Of a stretch of 64,000 bases of DNA, positions 12,324 to 23,700 are shown one piece after another (position 1 is the stretch's first letter; each line of letters starts with the position of its first letter). The stretch is taken from positions 496,001 through 560,000 of the forward strand of contig BCIN01000003.1 of the NCBI GenBank assembly GCA_039545335.1. The letters run 5' to 3'. This DNA comes from Kondoa subrosea. Taxonomy: Eukaryota. The notes beneath the pieces are model-generated. The model saw only the letters and a list, made by a program, of their open reading frames with translations, did no database searches and had not been told where the DNA came from. The position numbers and the translations under genes were made by a program.

Positions 12324-14550
12324 ATGGTTGACGCGTTACAACATCAAACCTCTAGCAAAGAGATTCATGACTATAGTGAAAAGTCAAATGTGAACAGCGA
12401 ATTTGCTATCGATAGAGCAGCAGAAAAGAAACTGGTACGCAAGCTAGACTTGCTTTTGGTCCCTGTCATCTTCTTGCTGTGAGTGTCTTGCTGACGTTGC
12501 TTGCGGTCATGTGGGCTGACTTTTTGTTGTGTATAGATATCTGCTATGCTTTATCGGTATGGCTGACTCGCTTTGTATCACTAGAGATAGACTAATCTTT
12601 TAAGCGATACGTAGATCGTACAAATATTGGTAATGCAAGGGTAAGTACTGTCTTTGCACTACTTTCGGACGCGACTGATGTTAGGTATTCAGATCGCGGG
12701 TCTTGAGAAGGACCTCAAACTCGTTGGCTATCAAGTCTGTCGAAATGTTTGTAAGAAACATTGCCAATCGATTGACCATGTCCCTAGTACAATATTGCTT
12801 TAACGGTTTTCTACATCGCTTATGTGAGTACCTTAGAGGTAGATAGACCAAGTGATAGTGCAGGTGAGATGATATACTTGTTGTAAAGATCATCTCGGAA
12901 ATCCCATCTCAAATCGCCATGAAGCTCATTGGTGCTCGTATTTGGATTGCGTTCCTCGTGTTTGGTTTCGGTCTCATCACAATGTGCACGGCCTTCATTC
13001 ACAACTTTGGTGCCTTGCTGGCTGTTCGTATCTTCCTAGGTTTCTTCGAGGGAGGGTGAATGCTCTACGTCGTTGTCGCAAAGGCCAAATTCTGATCCAC
13101 ATTTCACAGAGTCATGCCTGCTTGCGCATATCTGCTGTCTCGCTTCTACACTCGTGCAGAACTGGTCTTCCGTATTTCAATCTTCGTCTCGGCTTCGACT
13201 TTAGCTGGTGCGATTGGTGGATTGATGGCTTCTGGTTTCCTCGCTGCAGGCAAAGTCACTTCGTCACTCGGATCTTGGAGGAATATCTTCTTCTTTGAAG
13301 GCATCATCTCGATGGCTGTTGCTGGAGTGGCTTTCCTTGTCTTATCCGACGCTCCTGAAACCTCTCGATGGTTGAACGAAGACGAGAGGAAATTGGCTAG
13401 TGCTCGTGTCAGAGTGGAAACTGCAGACTCAAAGGTCGTTGTCGAAAAGTATAAGGGTTCTGAAGTGACTAGGTAAATTTGGGACTTTGGAAGAATACCT
13501 GAAATTGCTGATATTTTGAACAGAGCTATGACCAATGGTTTTGTACTGGCTATGGGTGTTGCCTTCACGTGCATCAACATCAGGTCAGCCTTGTATCCGG
13601 AGTTGATTGAATAGAAGCTCAATTCTTGTGCAGTGTCCAAGGATTGTCGCTTTTTACGCCAACAGTGCGCTGAGATGCAGTTCATATCATATTGTCAACT
13701 CACACAGGTCTCGTGCAGGTAATTCGCACCATCTACCCCGGGTTGCCAGTTGTTCAGCAACAATTGTATGTCAAGAGCTCTTTCATCAGCAAATAACGTT
13801 TGCTCAGATCTTGCTTCTCTCGACAGGCGAACAGTTCCCCCTTATATTACAGGATGGGTCGTCTCTATTGGTGTTTCTTATCTGGTAGATCACTTTGATC
13901 GAAGAGTCTATGTTATGCTTCCTTTGATCACGGTTGGCATCATTGGCTTCGCTATCTTTGCCGCTACCGAAGTCGCTCAAACGCAAGCACGATTCGCATC
14001 GATCTTCTTGGGCATTCGTGAGTTCCTTCACAAACTTTGGGATACTGCAACTGACCAGATTTTTAAAAAGTTGGCATTTTCCCTCAAGGTCCTCTAGTCC
14101 TGGCTTGGGGAGCGAACAACGTAGCTCCGGATACAGCACGAGGTGTGGCTATTGCTACGATCGTGTCCGTTGGCACTTTTGGGTAAGGCTCTCTTCAGTA
14201 GCGCCATCATTGTTGGCTTATATCTAATGCTTCTCGACTACCTTAGAGCGATCGTCGCAACATGGTCTTTCTTGCCAAGTTTTGCGCCATCATATGTCAG
14301 TCCAACTTAAACCTATCTCCATTTCATCCAAATTGACTATGTTCTTCCCTTCTTACAGCACAAGGCCGCTTATATCAACCTAGGATCCACCTCTGCTACA
14401 TTTCTCATTTACGTCGGCGCTCTCATCTACTGTCTTCGCGAAAACAGACTTCGCAAAGCAGGCAAGAGGGATCATCGTTTGGATGGTTTGAGCGAAGGAG
14501 AAATCGCTGTACTTGGAAGCAGACATCCTAGGTATCTTTATAGTATCTGA
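12324..14550 (+). CDS. MFS transporter, anion:cation symporter (Dal5/Tna1) family
   Basis: AAEKKLVRKLDL, small exons YLLCFI/DRTNIGNAR/IAGLEKDL, EIPSQI, YLLSRFYTRAEL, WRNIFFFEG, C-terminal LGSRHPRYLY. Confidence 0.9.
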
Positions 14551-14716
14551 AAACGACATACAAAGTAAAAGGGCAGGGCGTAGTATTTTTTCAACAGGGT
14601 TGCCCTTTGTAATAATTTCAGGTTCCAACACGAAGATATATCATGATTTCCAATCTATTAGTTGCCCGAATGCCTTTCTATGACACGTTCATTCCCAGAC
14701 ACATACTTTACGAAAA

Positions 14717-15262
14717 TTACTTTCCGTAGTTTTCGAATACTTGCGCCAAATACTCCAATATCCCCTTTTCCAGTTGTAACAATACTCTTGATACTTCGCT
14801 ATCGCCCAAAGCAGAAAATGGTCCAGTAGAGAGAACAGGTTGAAGATCGAGGGAAAGAAAGAGTTGTTTCTTGAATCGCGTAGCTGCGTTGCAAGCATTA
14901 GACAAGTCCTACTGAAAGGTGAGGAAGGAAAGAAATAGCGAACAGAGTCTAGCTGCTAAAGAAGCACCAGCTTCTGATGTAGAAGAATAGAGATTTGTAG
15001 TCGGGGAAAAAGATGACTATGTAAAGAAAGGCCAAGGTTTGAATGCAAAGGACAACAGAAACAGGGAGAGACTAGAACGGACAGATCTTGGTGGCATAGA
15101 GCAAGACCAGCTTTGCGTTAAGTTCTGACTGCTACCCTCTAAACCAACCCAAAGCATACAACTCGTATCATTCAATAGCGTGAGCTGTAACAGGAAATCT
15201 GGCAACGCTGATGGGAAAGCAGACGGTATTCTATGACTCAAGATCTTGATTTGTGTTTCCAT
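14717..15262 (-). CDS. Proteasome assembly chaperone 4 (PAC4/PSMG4)-like protein
   Basis: FLLQLTLLNDTSCMLWVG..WSCSMP..STNLY..SLAARL..RFKKQLFLSLDL matches the recalled PAC4 pattern. Confidence 0.7.
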
Positions 15263-15330
15263 TGCTCGTTCAAGTGAAAACAGCGTAAAAATACATTGGA
15301 CAAGGAGTTCCCTATAATCCACCTCGGAGG

Positions 15331-16083
15331 CTACCGCACCGTCGATCTGATGCTCCCAGACGTGTCTTTTAGGTTGTGATTGTCCATTTTCTTCAGTTCT
15401 CGCTGATAAGCCGATTCTGGCTCTGGGTTGTCTACTTTGGCCTTCTTAGTTTCTCGTTCAGTAATAGGTTCCTCTGGCGCTGGTGATTGAGATTGAGCAG
15501 CAGCGAGTTGCTTCCTCTTGCCTCGGTTTTTCTTATGGCAGTTCAGAGGCATCAGCTACTATCTATGTATTGGCGAGAGTCCACTCACGATTCGATCTGC
15601 TTCAGCTTTCGCTCTACAGTAAAGATATATATTAGCCTGATCGTTGATTACAGGCAGAGTGGGAAGCTCTGACTGATGAAGATGCCTTGAAGTGTCTCTC
15701 TCGTAACGAACAAGTGCAGCACAATTCAAAGGCAAGGTGAAAGGAACGACGCTTACTTTTCCAAGGCAGCAGCTACCTTTTGCTTCTCTGTCTCCTCCTG
15801 TCAGTCAAGCACAACATAGATATCAGCTTAAGCCTGATAGCCAGACTGTCGAGACTGACCTCTTTACTCTTTCGGAATCTCTCCAGAAATGATCCATCAG
15901 ATCTGTAGACCACTTTCAGCGATCCATATAGTGCTAAGCGACTTTCAGGACGAACGAGAAGATCCCTCCCTTTTGGACTTTGGGCTGCTCACGAACTGGC
16001 GCTTGCTGGAAAGCGGCTGGCAAGCTCGGTGTTCCTCCGCGAGATGGATGCTGACTTGTGGAAGGCCGAGGAGAACCAGACAT
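15331..16083 (-). CDS. TRIR/C19orf43-like small protein (five exons)
   Basis: Spliced translation MSGSPRP..GGIFSSDGSFLERFRKSKEEETEKQKVAAALEKAKAEADRIKNRGKRK..SAYQRELKKMDNHNLKDTSGSIRSTVR*; all four introns are GT-AG and keep the frame. Confidence 0.65.
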
Positions 16084-16465
16084 GTGTATATGGCGGACAC
16101 TGATCAACGAGCGAAAGTCGAAATGCGAAGAGTTGCTCTTGCACGGCCAAAGTCATAGAATCTGTTGCGTTCTGCTTGTAGACGGACGTCCGCGACTTAG
16201 GCTCACTTCTCAGTCTCACATCCTCCATATATCGGTTTGCTCTTCGCGTCTTCAGTCAAAGAATTCTTGCTTTATACCTGGTTTTCTGCAGATCATCTTC
16301 TATCAAAGACTGCTGTGCTTCGCTGCCTCTGTAGTCATTTGCCTACCTCAATTTCTGCTTGGCCTGGTATTGCGGTGCAGCGGACCGTGATTGCATTCTG
16401 GAAGTTTCTGCACCTGAGCATCTGAGCTAGATTTGCTCTTTATCTGTGCACGTCCATCTTGTGCT

Positions 16466-17599
16466 ATGGTGTACGAGAATGACCAACTATCACAAGTCTT
16501 AGGGTTCAGCGTTGTTATTATTGTAAGCTTGATCCTTTAGATGTCCCGCAATTTGCTCATTCCGTTGCAGTGGGTGTTTGCTCTGTTCCCGCAGGTGGCA
16601 TTGAATTACAGGTGCGTCAATGATGGTATAGAAGCTGTCGCTTTCTGATTCCGTTGGATGATTGCACAGACGCAAGGATGCTTCTGGTCTTGCACCTCTG
16701 TTGCTCGGCTTGTGGTTGATTGGAGATGTATGTGGATTGATAGGAAGCTTCCTTACGTGAGTGTGCTCTGCCTTAGTCGGTACGAACGCCGATCAGCCTC
16801 TGTAGACATCAATTGCCGTTCCAAAAAGTGAATTGCGCTTGGCATTTTACCATTGATGCTATACTTGGTCTTCAATACCTCTTGTACCGTAAGAGAAGCG
16901 AGACCGATCCTCTTCTACCTGCAATGCAGCAACAATATGAATCTTATGGAAGCTTTCCCGATCCGAATAACATCAATGTCAGTGATAGAGCTGCATTATG
17001 CCTGATCAAAGTTGATATTTGCAGCAGGACTCCGCATTCTCTCGCATTTACGACACCAACACAGAATTTCAAGCTATCCGTCAAAGTCGAAGGCATCCTC
17101 GATCTTTTTCGAAAAGCCAAACTTTCGCCTACCTGACTTCTACCCTTCTTTCTCTGATCCTCATATACTATCTCACACATTGGACTTACATCTTTGGACC
17201 ACATTGGCATGTATGCGCTGCTAGTCTCGGTCAAGGGATCGCATGGATTTGTGCTGTCCTCTACATGGGCTCGAGAATACCTCAAGTGAGTCAGCCTCAT
17301 GACGGAGTGAACATATCTGATGTCCAAATGTGCAGTTCATACATAATCATCGCCGGAAAAGCTGTCTCGGTCTCAGCGCGACTTCTTTCCTCTTAGCCTC
17401 AATAGGCAATCTAGCCTATGTCTCCTCTATTCTACTCAGCTCAACTTCTCATACTGTATCTGGCGAATGGGACCTTCAAAACTTGCAACAAGCTGCACCT
17501 TACCTGGCTACTTCTGCTGGTTCTTTTCTATGTGATTTGGTCATTGTCGCTCAATGGAGATGTTACCTCTACCAAGCAAAGAAGAAGAACTATTGTTGA
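16466..17599 (+). CDS. PQ-loop vacuolar/lysosomal amino-acid transporter (Ypq/PQLC2-like)
   Basis: Two PQ-loop repeats: WVFALFPQVALNY..SGLA..WLIGDV and LYMGSRIPQFIHNHRRKSCLGLS..GNLAY. Confidence 0.88.
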
Positions 17600-18319
17600 T
17601 CCGAACTGAGTTTTGTTACCTGCTTTTTGAATATCTTGTTTTCAGACCTGGGTCCAAGGTTTGGAATGGAAAGCGAAAAGAGAAAGAGAGAAATCCTTTT
17701 AGCGAGTACTCCCTTGCTTTTTCCCAGGCTGAGCATTATTCACAGGCATGGTCGGGCAGCAAGAGTTCGATAGGACGCGAGCAAGAGTTGATCATATGCC
17801 ACGCGCGGAATGGATTTTGGTCGGTCAAAGTGAAGAAGGACTATTGAGTGAAGAGGCTATTGTATTATACGCATTTTCGTTGTCGTTTCTTTGCATCTGC
17901 ATCTGCTTGTGCCATTTAGTATCTGTTGCTGACTCGATATGATTGAGTGACTTCAGTCACTTTCGTCTCTCGCCCTGACTCCTCCCGTAGCAATGACTCC
18001 TGGTTTGCCTGATATAGCTTACTGTGCATTGCTCTGCTGTGCTTCACGTTTGGGATCTCGCTACTGTCACCGCCGAATGTGTTCTCGTTGAAAGCAAAGA
18101 CATTCATGCAGCGCTGCAGCGCCTAAGTCTGGATGTGGTTACTATGGTGACCTGTGCTTGTTTGCGCTGGCTAAGAGATTGCTACCTATTTCACTGACCA
18201 CGATATCTGTGTCTGCCTTCTATTCCCTTCGAATCTTTGCTCGTCTTTCCAGACCAGATTTACGTCGACCCTTCTTCCGCTTTTCTCCTCAACTGTCATC
18301 ATCGTATTCCTATCCTGTG

Positions 18320-20413
18320 ATGTCCCAAAGCAATTATGAACGCATCATGAATGCTAATGGCGATGCGTATGAGATCTTAGGGATTGATAGAAATGCTACT
18401 TCGGAAGAAGTCAGAGCTGCTTGTTCGGTCTCGTTTGTGCTATCGTATCTGCTTTCTTTGCTGATCATGACTTGTACAGACAAACAGCTGGTGAGCCTGC
18501 TGTTTTCGCAATGATTCAAAGGGTCTCCGCTTAAATTTTCTCGGTGATAAAGGCTTTGGAATTCCATGTAAGCCGGTCTTCGGCAGCCTGCTCAGAGATC
18601 TGAAGCTGATGCACGGGTTACAGCCAGATCGTATAAAGCTTCCTGATGCAAAGCCGGGCAGTTTTGAAGAAACGCTTGTGGCAGGTGAGTAGTCCAAATT
18701 TGAGCACCGCATGCTAAGCTGAATATCTCTCATGCGATAGACTACAAGTTCGCTATGCTACCACTGCTTTATTGAGTTTGACTAATCTTCGTATTTCTCC
18801 GCAGGTCAAAAGCGGCAGACACGTTCAAGGTCACTTGATCCACAGCCCCGCGTGACAGCTGAACTGATCATGTTCTTTCTTACCTCAGGCTATCTCTGCA
18901 TCTTTACATATGCTCAGTGACAGTGAGTATACTTTTCCCTTTGTGTAGGTGTTAAATTCGATGGCAAGTTCTGATTTCCGCTTCTCTTCTTAGGTAAACG
19001 ACGAGCAGAATACGACAAGAAGCTCGGTCCTGGTCTTGGTCAGAAGCTTACAGTAACTACATACAATTCTCGTGAATCGCAAAGACCTCCATCAAGATCA
19101 GGTTCTTTTGCGTCCTCGCCTAGTTCAATCACACCCTCTTCTTATGGTTCATCCTCGGCTTTTGGGTCTTCTCCTTCTTCAACTTCTTCAGCATATTCCT
19201 CTTCACCACTTTCACCTCAACAAAAAGTCGGTCCTCAACGTGCGCTCAGTAACGCCGCTCATTTGAGAAGAAGATCAAGTGTTGCTCAATCAGCTAAACC
19301 AGATATGAATATGCAAGCTTTATCACCTTACGATGATCGACGTGGAGCAGTCGCAGACCCTTATCAACATTTACAAGAAATGGGTATGCAAGCGCCAAAC
19401 AGGAAAGATCCTTTCGACCTTTTTGCCGACATGTTTGGTGCTTCCGACCCTTCTCAACAAGGAAACAACGGAGGAGCAGGAATGTTTGATGATTTTGGTA
19501 CCAATCATAACAGAATGGCTGCACCAACAAGAGAGAGAAGAAGGTCTTCCATGTCTGGAAACGCCCCTCCTATGGATCCGTTTGCTGCAATGATGAGTGG
19601 AATGGGTGGAATGGGCATGGGAATGCCTGGCAATGATCCATTTGGAATGAGTCCGGATGGAGTGGATAACGATCCTTTCAACAAAATGTTCGATGCTTTG
19701 TCTATGGATAATGAAGCCAAATCTCCACAAAGGGGCGGATTTGCTCATTATAAACAGACTAAGCGTCATCGAGATAGGTGAGCCTGATGGATAAGTTCAA
19801 TTGCTTGTCGCTGATTACCCCCGATAGATACGGAAATGTTACTGCAAGCATGCAGAGCAAGAGTATGGCTGTCTACGATGGAGGTGAAGTCAGTGTACCG
19901 CTATCAGAGTCTGGATTCCTGCTGATCGAGTAATCTTAGGCTGGTCAATGTGTGGTTGAGCAAACCATGCGCGTATCTGGCTTTAGACCAGCTTCGCGCA
20001 ACGGCGTCTCTGGTCATTCAGGTGCTCCAAGAGTGACAGAATTGGACGACTATCCTTCTCATCGCAGCTATACTCCTCAGCCTCAATCGGCTCAGCGAAG
20101 ATTCGAGCCAGAGCGAAACTTCAGTGCACCAATCATGCCTCAGCAACGAGTTGCTCCTCCAGCTTCTTCTCCTTACTCTACCTCTCCTTATCAAGCTTTA
20201 CCAGCTCCGTCCTCTAATGCTATGACTCGACGTATTTCTGCTTCGTCGGCTGCTCCTCCAAGAATCATGGACAGCAACCCTTATATGCCCAAGTTGCCCG
20301 GCTCAACTACTCCTCTAGGCATTGAAGCTCCTTCGCCATACAGTTCGGGCTACAATAGGCCAATGCTCACTAATGGACCAACTTCAGGTCGTTATCCTCA
20401 AATTGGTTGGTGA
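18320..20413 (+). CDS. DnaJ (J-domain) protein with low-complexity C-terminus
   Basis: Spliced [48 protein letters not shown]; the HPD motif is rebuilt across microexons. Confidence 0.85.
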
Positions 20414-20575
20414 AGCTCGACAGCATTCATTCTGTTATGTAAATCGGATACGTATCTCTTTAGCAGTCATTCTAATTTGTACCAAAGAATCAAGTCATAT
20501 TCATTGTACCTTGTTATTAAGAAAGTAGGAACCATGGTTAAAACTCAGAACAAGCTCCAGGCCATGATAAATTGC

Positions 20576-20595
20576 ATATATATATATATATATAT
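20576..20595. repeat. (TA)n microsatellite
   Basis: About ten AT units in the gap between the convergent DnaJ and IQGAP 3' ends. Confidence 0.9.
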
Positions 20596-20739
20596 TATCT
20601 ATTGAAACCCATGCCCTGAATATCTATCTTACATGTTACACGCAAACAAAAACGAAGTATGGACAGTAATAAATGCATATAACCCTGTTTCCTGGTATCA
20701 GCGCAAGATCTTTGCCTTGAGCAGGAAAGCTTGCCTGTG

Positions 20740-23700
20740 TTATACAAAGAATTTCTTGTTGATCAGGAAGAGTAGAAGATTGAGGTTGACTTTGGCTGTC
20801 CCATCTATCGCATACACTGTTCGTCCATTGAATTGTGCGTCGAGCTGCGGGATATTTAGTCACCAAACAGCGGCATAGCAAGCTGACTCACTAGATCAGA
20901 GTACAGCAGCCGCGCGGAAGTGACTTCAGCTCCAAGCAATTGCGCGGAGACGTCAAAGCTCCCAACTTGATCGCAGCTGATGACAAACTTGATGTGTTCG
21001 AAGCGACTCGGGTTGATCTGATCTATACTGATGAGCACACCGTCTTGATGTCTGCATACGGTATAGTCAGTCATTGTAAAGCGGTGCCAGGTACAAGAAA
21101 CCAAACTTACAGCTTGGCGGCGCTGTAAACGAATGAACCAAATTTGGGTTTCATGCCTCTCTTGGCCAGACTGCGTTCGTGGAAGAATTGTGTGGTGAAA
21201 GGAATTGTTAGCCGCTTTTTGCTACGCGACCACACTGAATCAGCACTCAACAGAATTGCCTAATCTTGACTTACCTCTTCTTATGCATTGTGGTTTGACT
21301 TTGCTCTACGTATTCGTTATAAGAGGTTAGTTGCGAATCGAGGAACTTCCGCTTCGTGCTCAAAACATCGAGCGTCGTTTCCATTGTGGTGATCTCGCCT
21401 TGCCGTTGAATTCGTTTTCGATGCTTCTGCCGTATGTCTTTGGCAATCGCATTCAGCATGCCTTGGAAGTTGTCCGTCCGCGAAAGTTGACCAAATTGCT
21501 CCAGCTGCATAATGTTCTCGATCGTTCGAGCTTTGAGTTCTCGGAAAGTCAGCCTGTCGAGCTTTCAGCAAAACCTCAAACTAGCAGCAAAAGCACTGAC
21601 TGAGAGATATCGTCCAGCTGTGACAGATCAGGAGAAGATTTTGGATTCCGCGTGTCCATTGAAGCTATCTCTTTCTCTCGTATCCGCGACCATAGCTCCT
21701 CGTGTTCTGGAGTGACTGGTATTTTTATAGCATGCAAGAGATTGTCGCCAGGTTGTACTTTCAATAAAGCTAGGACGTATCGCTTTGCGCTGACCCAAAG
21801 AGCTTCCTCTTGGGATTGACCATCTGCTCCGACGTGAGCAAAGCCAATTAGATCCAGTGGTCACTACTCACTAGACAGATTTGTACTTTTGACCTTCAAT
21901 TCCAATGCTACTTCGCCAGCTCTAGCTCGACTCAATTCATCCGAGGTGTAAGCCGGAGCTTGACCGAGTTCCGCAATGATTCGGCGCATCCTATCAGTAC
22001 TTCCGGGAGCCTGTAGGAAAAGTCAGTTGAGTGCGGTATGACAATGATGAAAGCGGACTTACAACAGCATCAAGATTGAGCTGTATTGTTCGGTGCATGA
22101 AGTAGATTTCGTTTGGTGAGATATACACTCTTAGCTTTGTGCTGACTGTGTGATCGAGATAAGCAGAGGCATTGAAGTGAGCCTCGGCGTCAGGAACATT
22201 GATGACTGAATGATTGAATCAGCAGGAACGAGATCCGGGAGAAGAAGAGGCCTACCATCAAACAGCCACATGGAGAAGGTATGCGAGGCTTTCGTGATGT
22301 AATGATTGAGCGGTTCTAAAGTAGGATCTTTGCGTGCGTCGAAGAGTCTGCCAGCTGATATCTGATTGAGCATTTTTGAAACTTCCGCTAATGCTCGCCG
22401 TTGTCCTGGAGCGATTACTACGTCAAGAACGCCGAAGCTCTCTGGTGCTCTATCAATATAGCCGACATTAATAAAAGCGGAACTTGACAAAGTAGAACTC
22501 ACACGATAGCTGGGTTGATGTACCTGTAATAAACGAAATGACAGACGACTCTTATCAGCGCTTCTTGAGGTTCGTTGCGGAATTTGGCCTGCATAGAGAT
22601 CAGCACTAAATCGAAGAATAATTCTAGCGCTCACTTGAAGCGCTTGATACATCTCTCTTGCTATCCAGCGAATACCGAAAGGCATCTTGCTGGTCGAATG
22701 AACGATGGCTTGCAAGAAAGTATCTGTAAGTGCTCGAAGATGTTGCAGGTCTATATAGCGAAGTTAGACAGCTTCCACAGGTATGCAAAATGCTCACGTC
22801 GAATGAAGGTATTTCTTGTCACATCATCGCCAAGTGCTTGACGACCATCGACATCTCTGGGTCGCGAGCTCGCTAGACCTGTTCGCATTTCTTCGTCTGC
22901 GATTGTTGCTTTGTAAATCTGTACTGGCTGTCAGATTGACACATAAGGCGTAGGGGCGACATACAACAACAGGGTCTGTTTCTAGATCAATCGAATCATT
23001 GTTGACAATATCTTGAACATGAGGAGCGAGCATGTCTTTGAAATATTTGCGTTCTTTTGCTCCTCTTCCATACTGAACAACAAGCTTGATGAAGAGGTAA
23101 TCGGTGCGAATGAAGTCTTGCACGATGTCGACTGACAGAATCTCTTCATGCAGAGACCGTTGGAACAGCTTGAGCAGCAGGAACTCTTCCCGCGCATTCT
23201 GGGCTAAAAGAGCATTGTAAGTGAGGCTGTGAGATCACGAGCAAGACCGCACCATAGCCAAACAGAGTGAGCACTATGCGCTCAATATCCTTTCTGTCTT
23301 TCTCGCTGAATTCAGTCTTGCTAAGCCGGTGGAACAACCGCGCTAGGTATTCAGGTTGTACTTGTAGTGTGTAGAAGAGCTCTTGATATAGCTCAAGCTT
23401 CTGTCGAGTGCTTTTATCGAGATTACTCAAAGCAAATGGATCTTTGTTTGCTGACAGCACCGAATCTTGGCCTTGTGTTCGGTGGCTGTTTGTTCCGGTT
23501 GCAAAGTTTGCCCTGCGAGTGCGCAGTACTTCATCAAGAGTGATCTTATTCTTGACCAGCAAGGCTATTTTCGTGTCCAGATCATTGACTTCGCTCTCAA
23601 TTTCTTGATTATCGCGAATAGCTTTGACCACTTCTTTGCGAAGAAGTTCGACCTTGATTTCTTCCGCATAATCATAGTCTGAGTCTTGTAGCAGATGTAG

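Noticed and set aside
15263..15339. Splice fusion of the TRIR-like gene to PAC4 via a gtgcgg donor
   Set aside because: The nearest acceptor gives an out-of-frame junction and there is no good branch point.
15630..15750. Hammerhead-ribozyme-like CTGATGA...GAAA flanking a long hairpin on the + strand
   Set aside because: Stem I does not close next to a valid NUH site, stems II and III have mismatches at the core, and it is antisense to the host gene.
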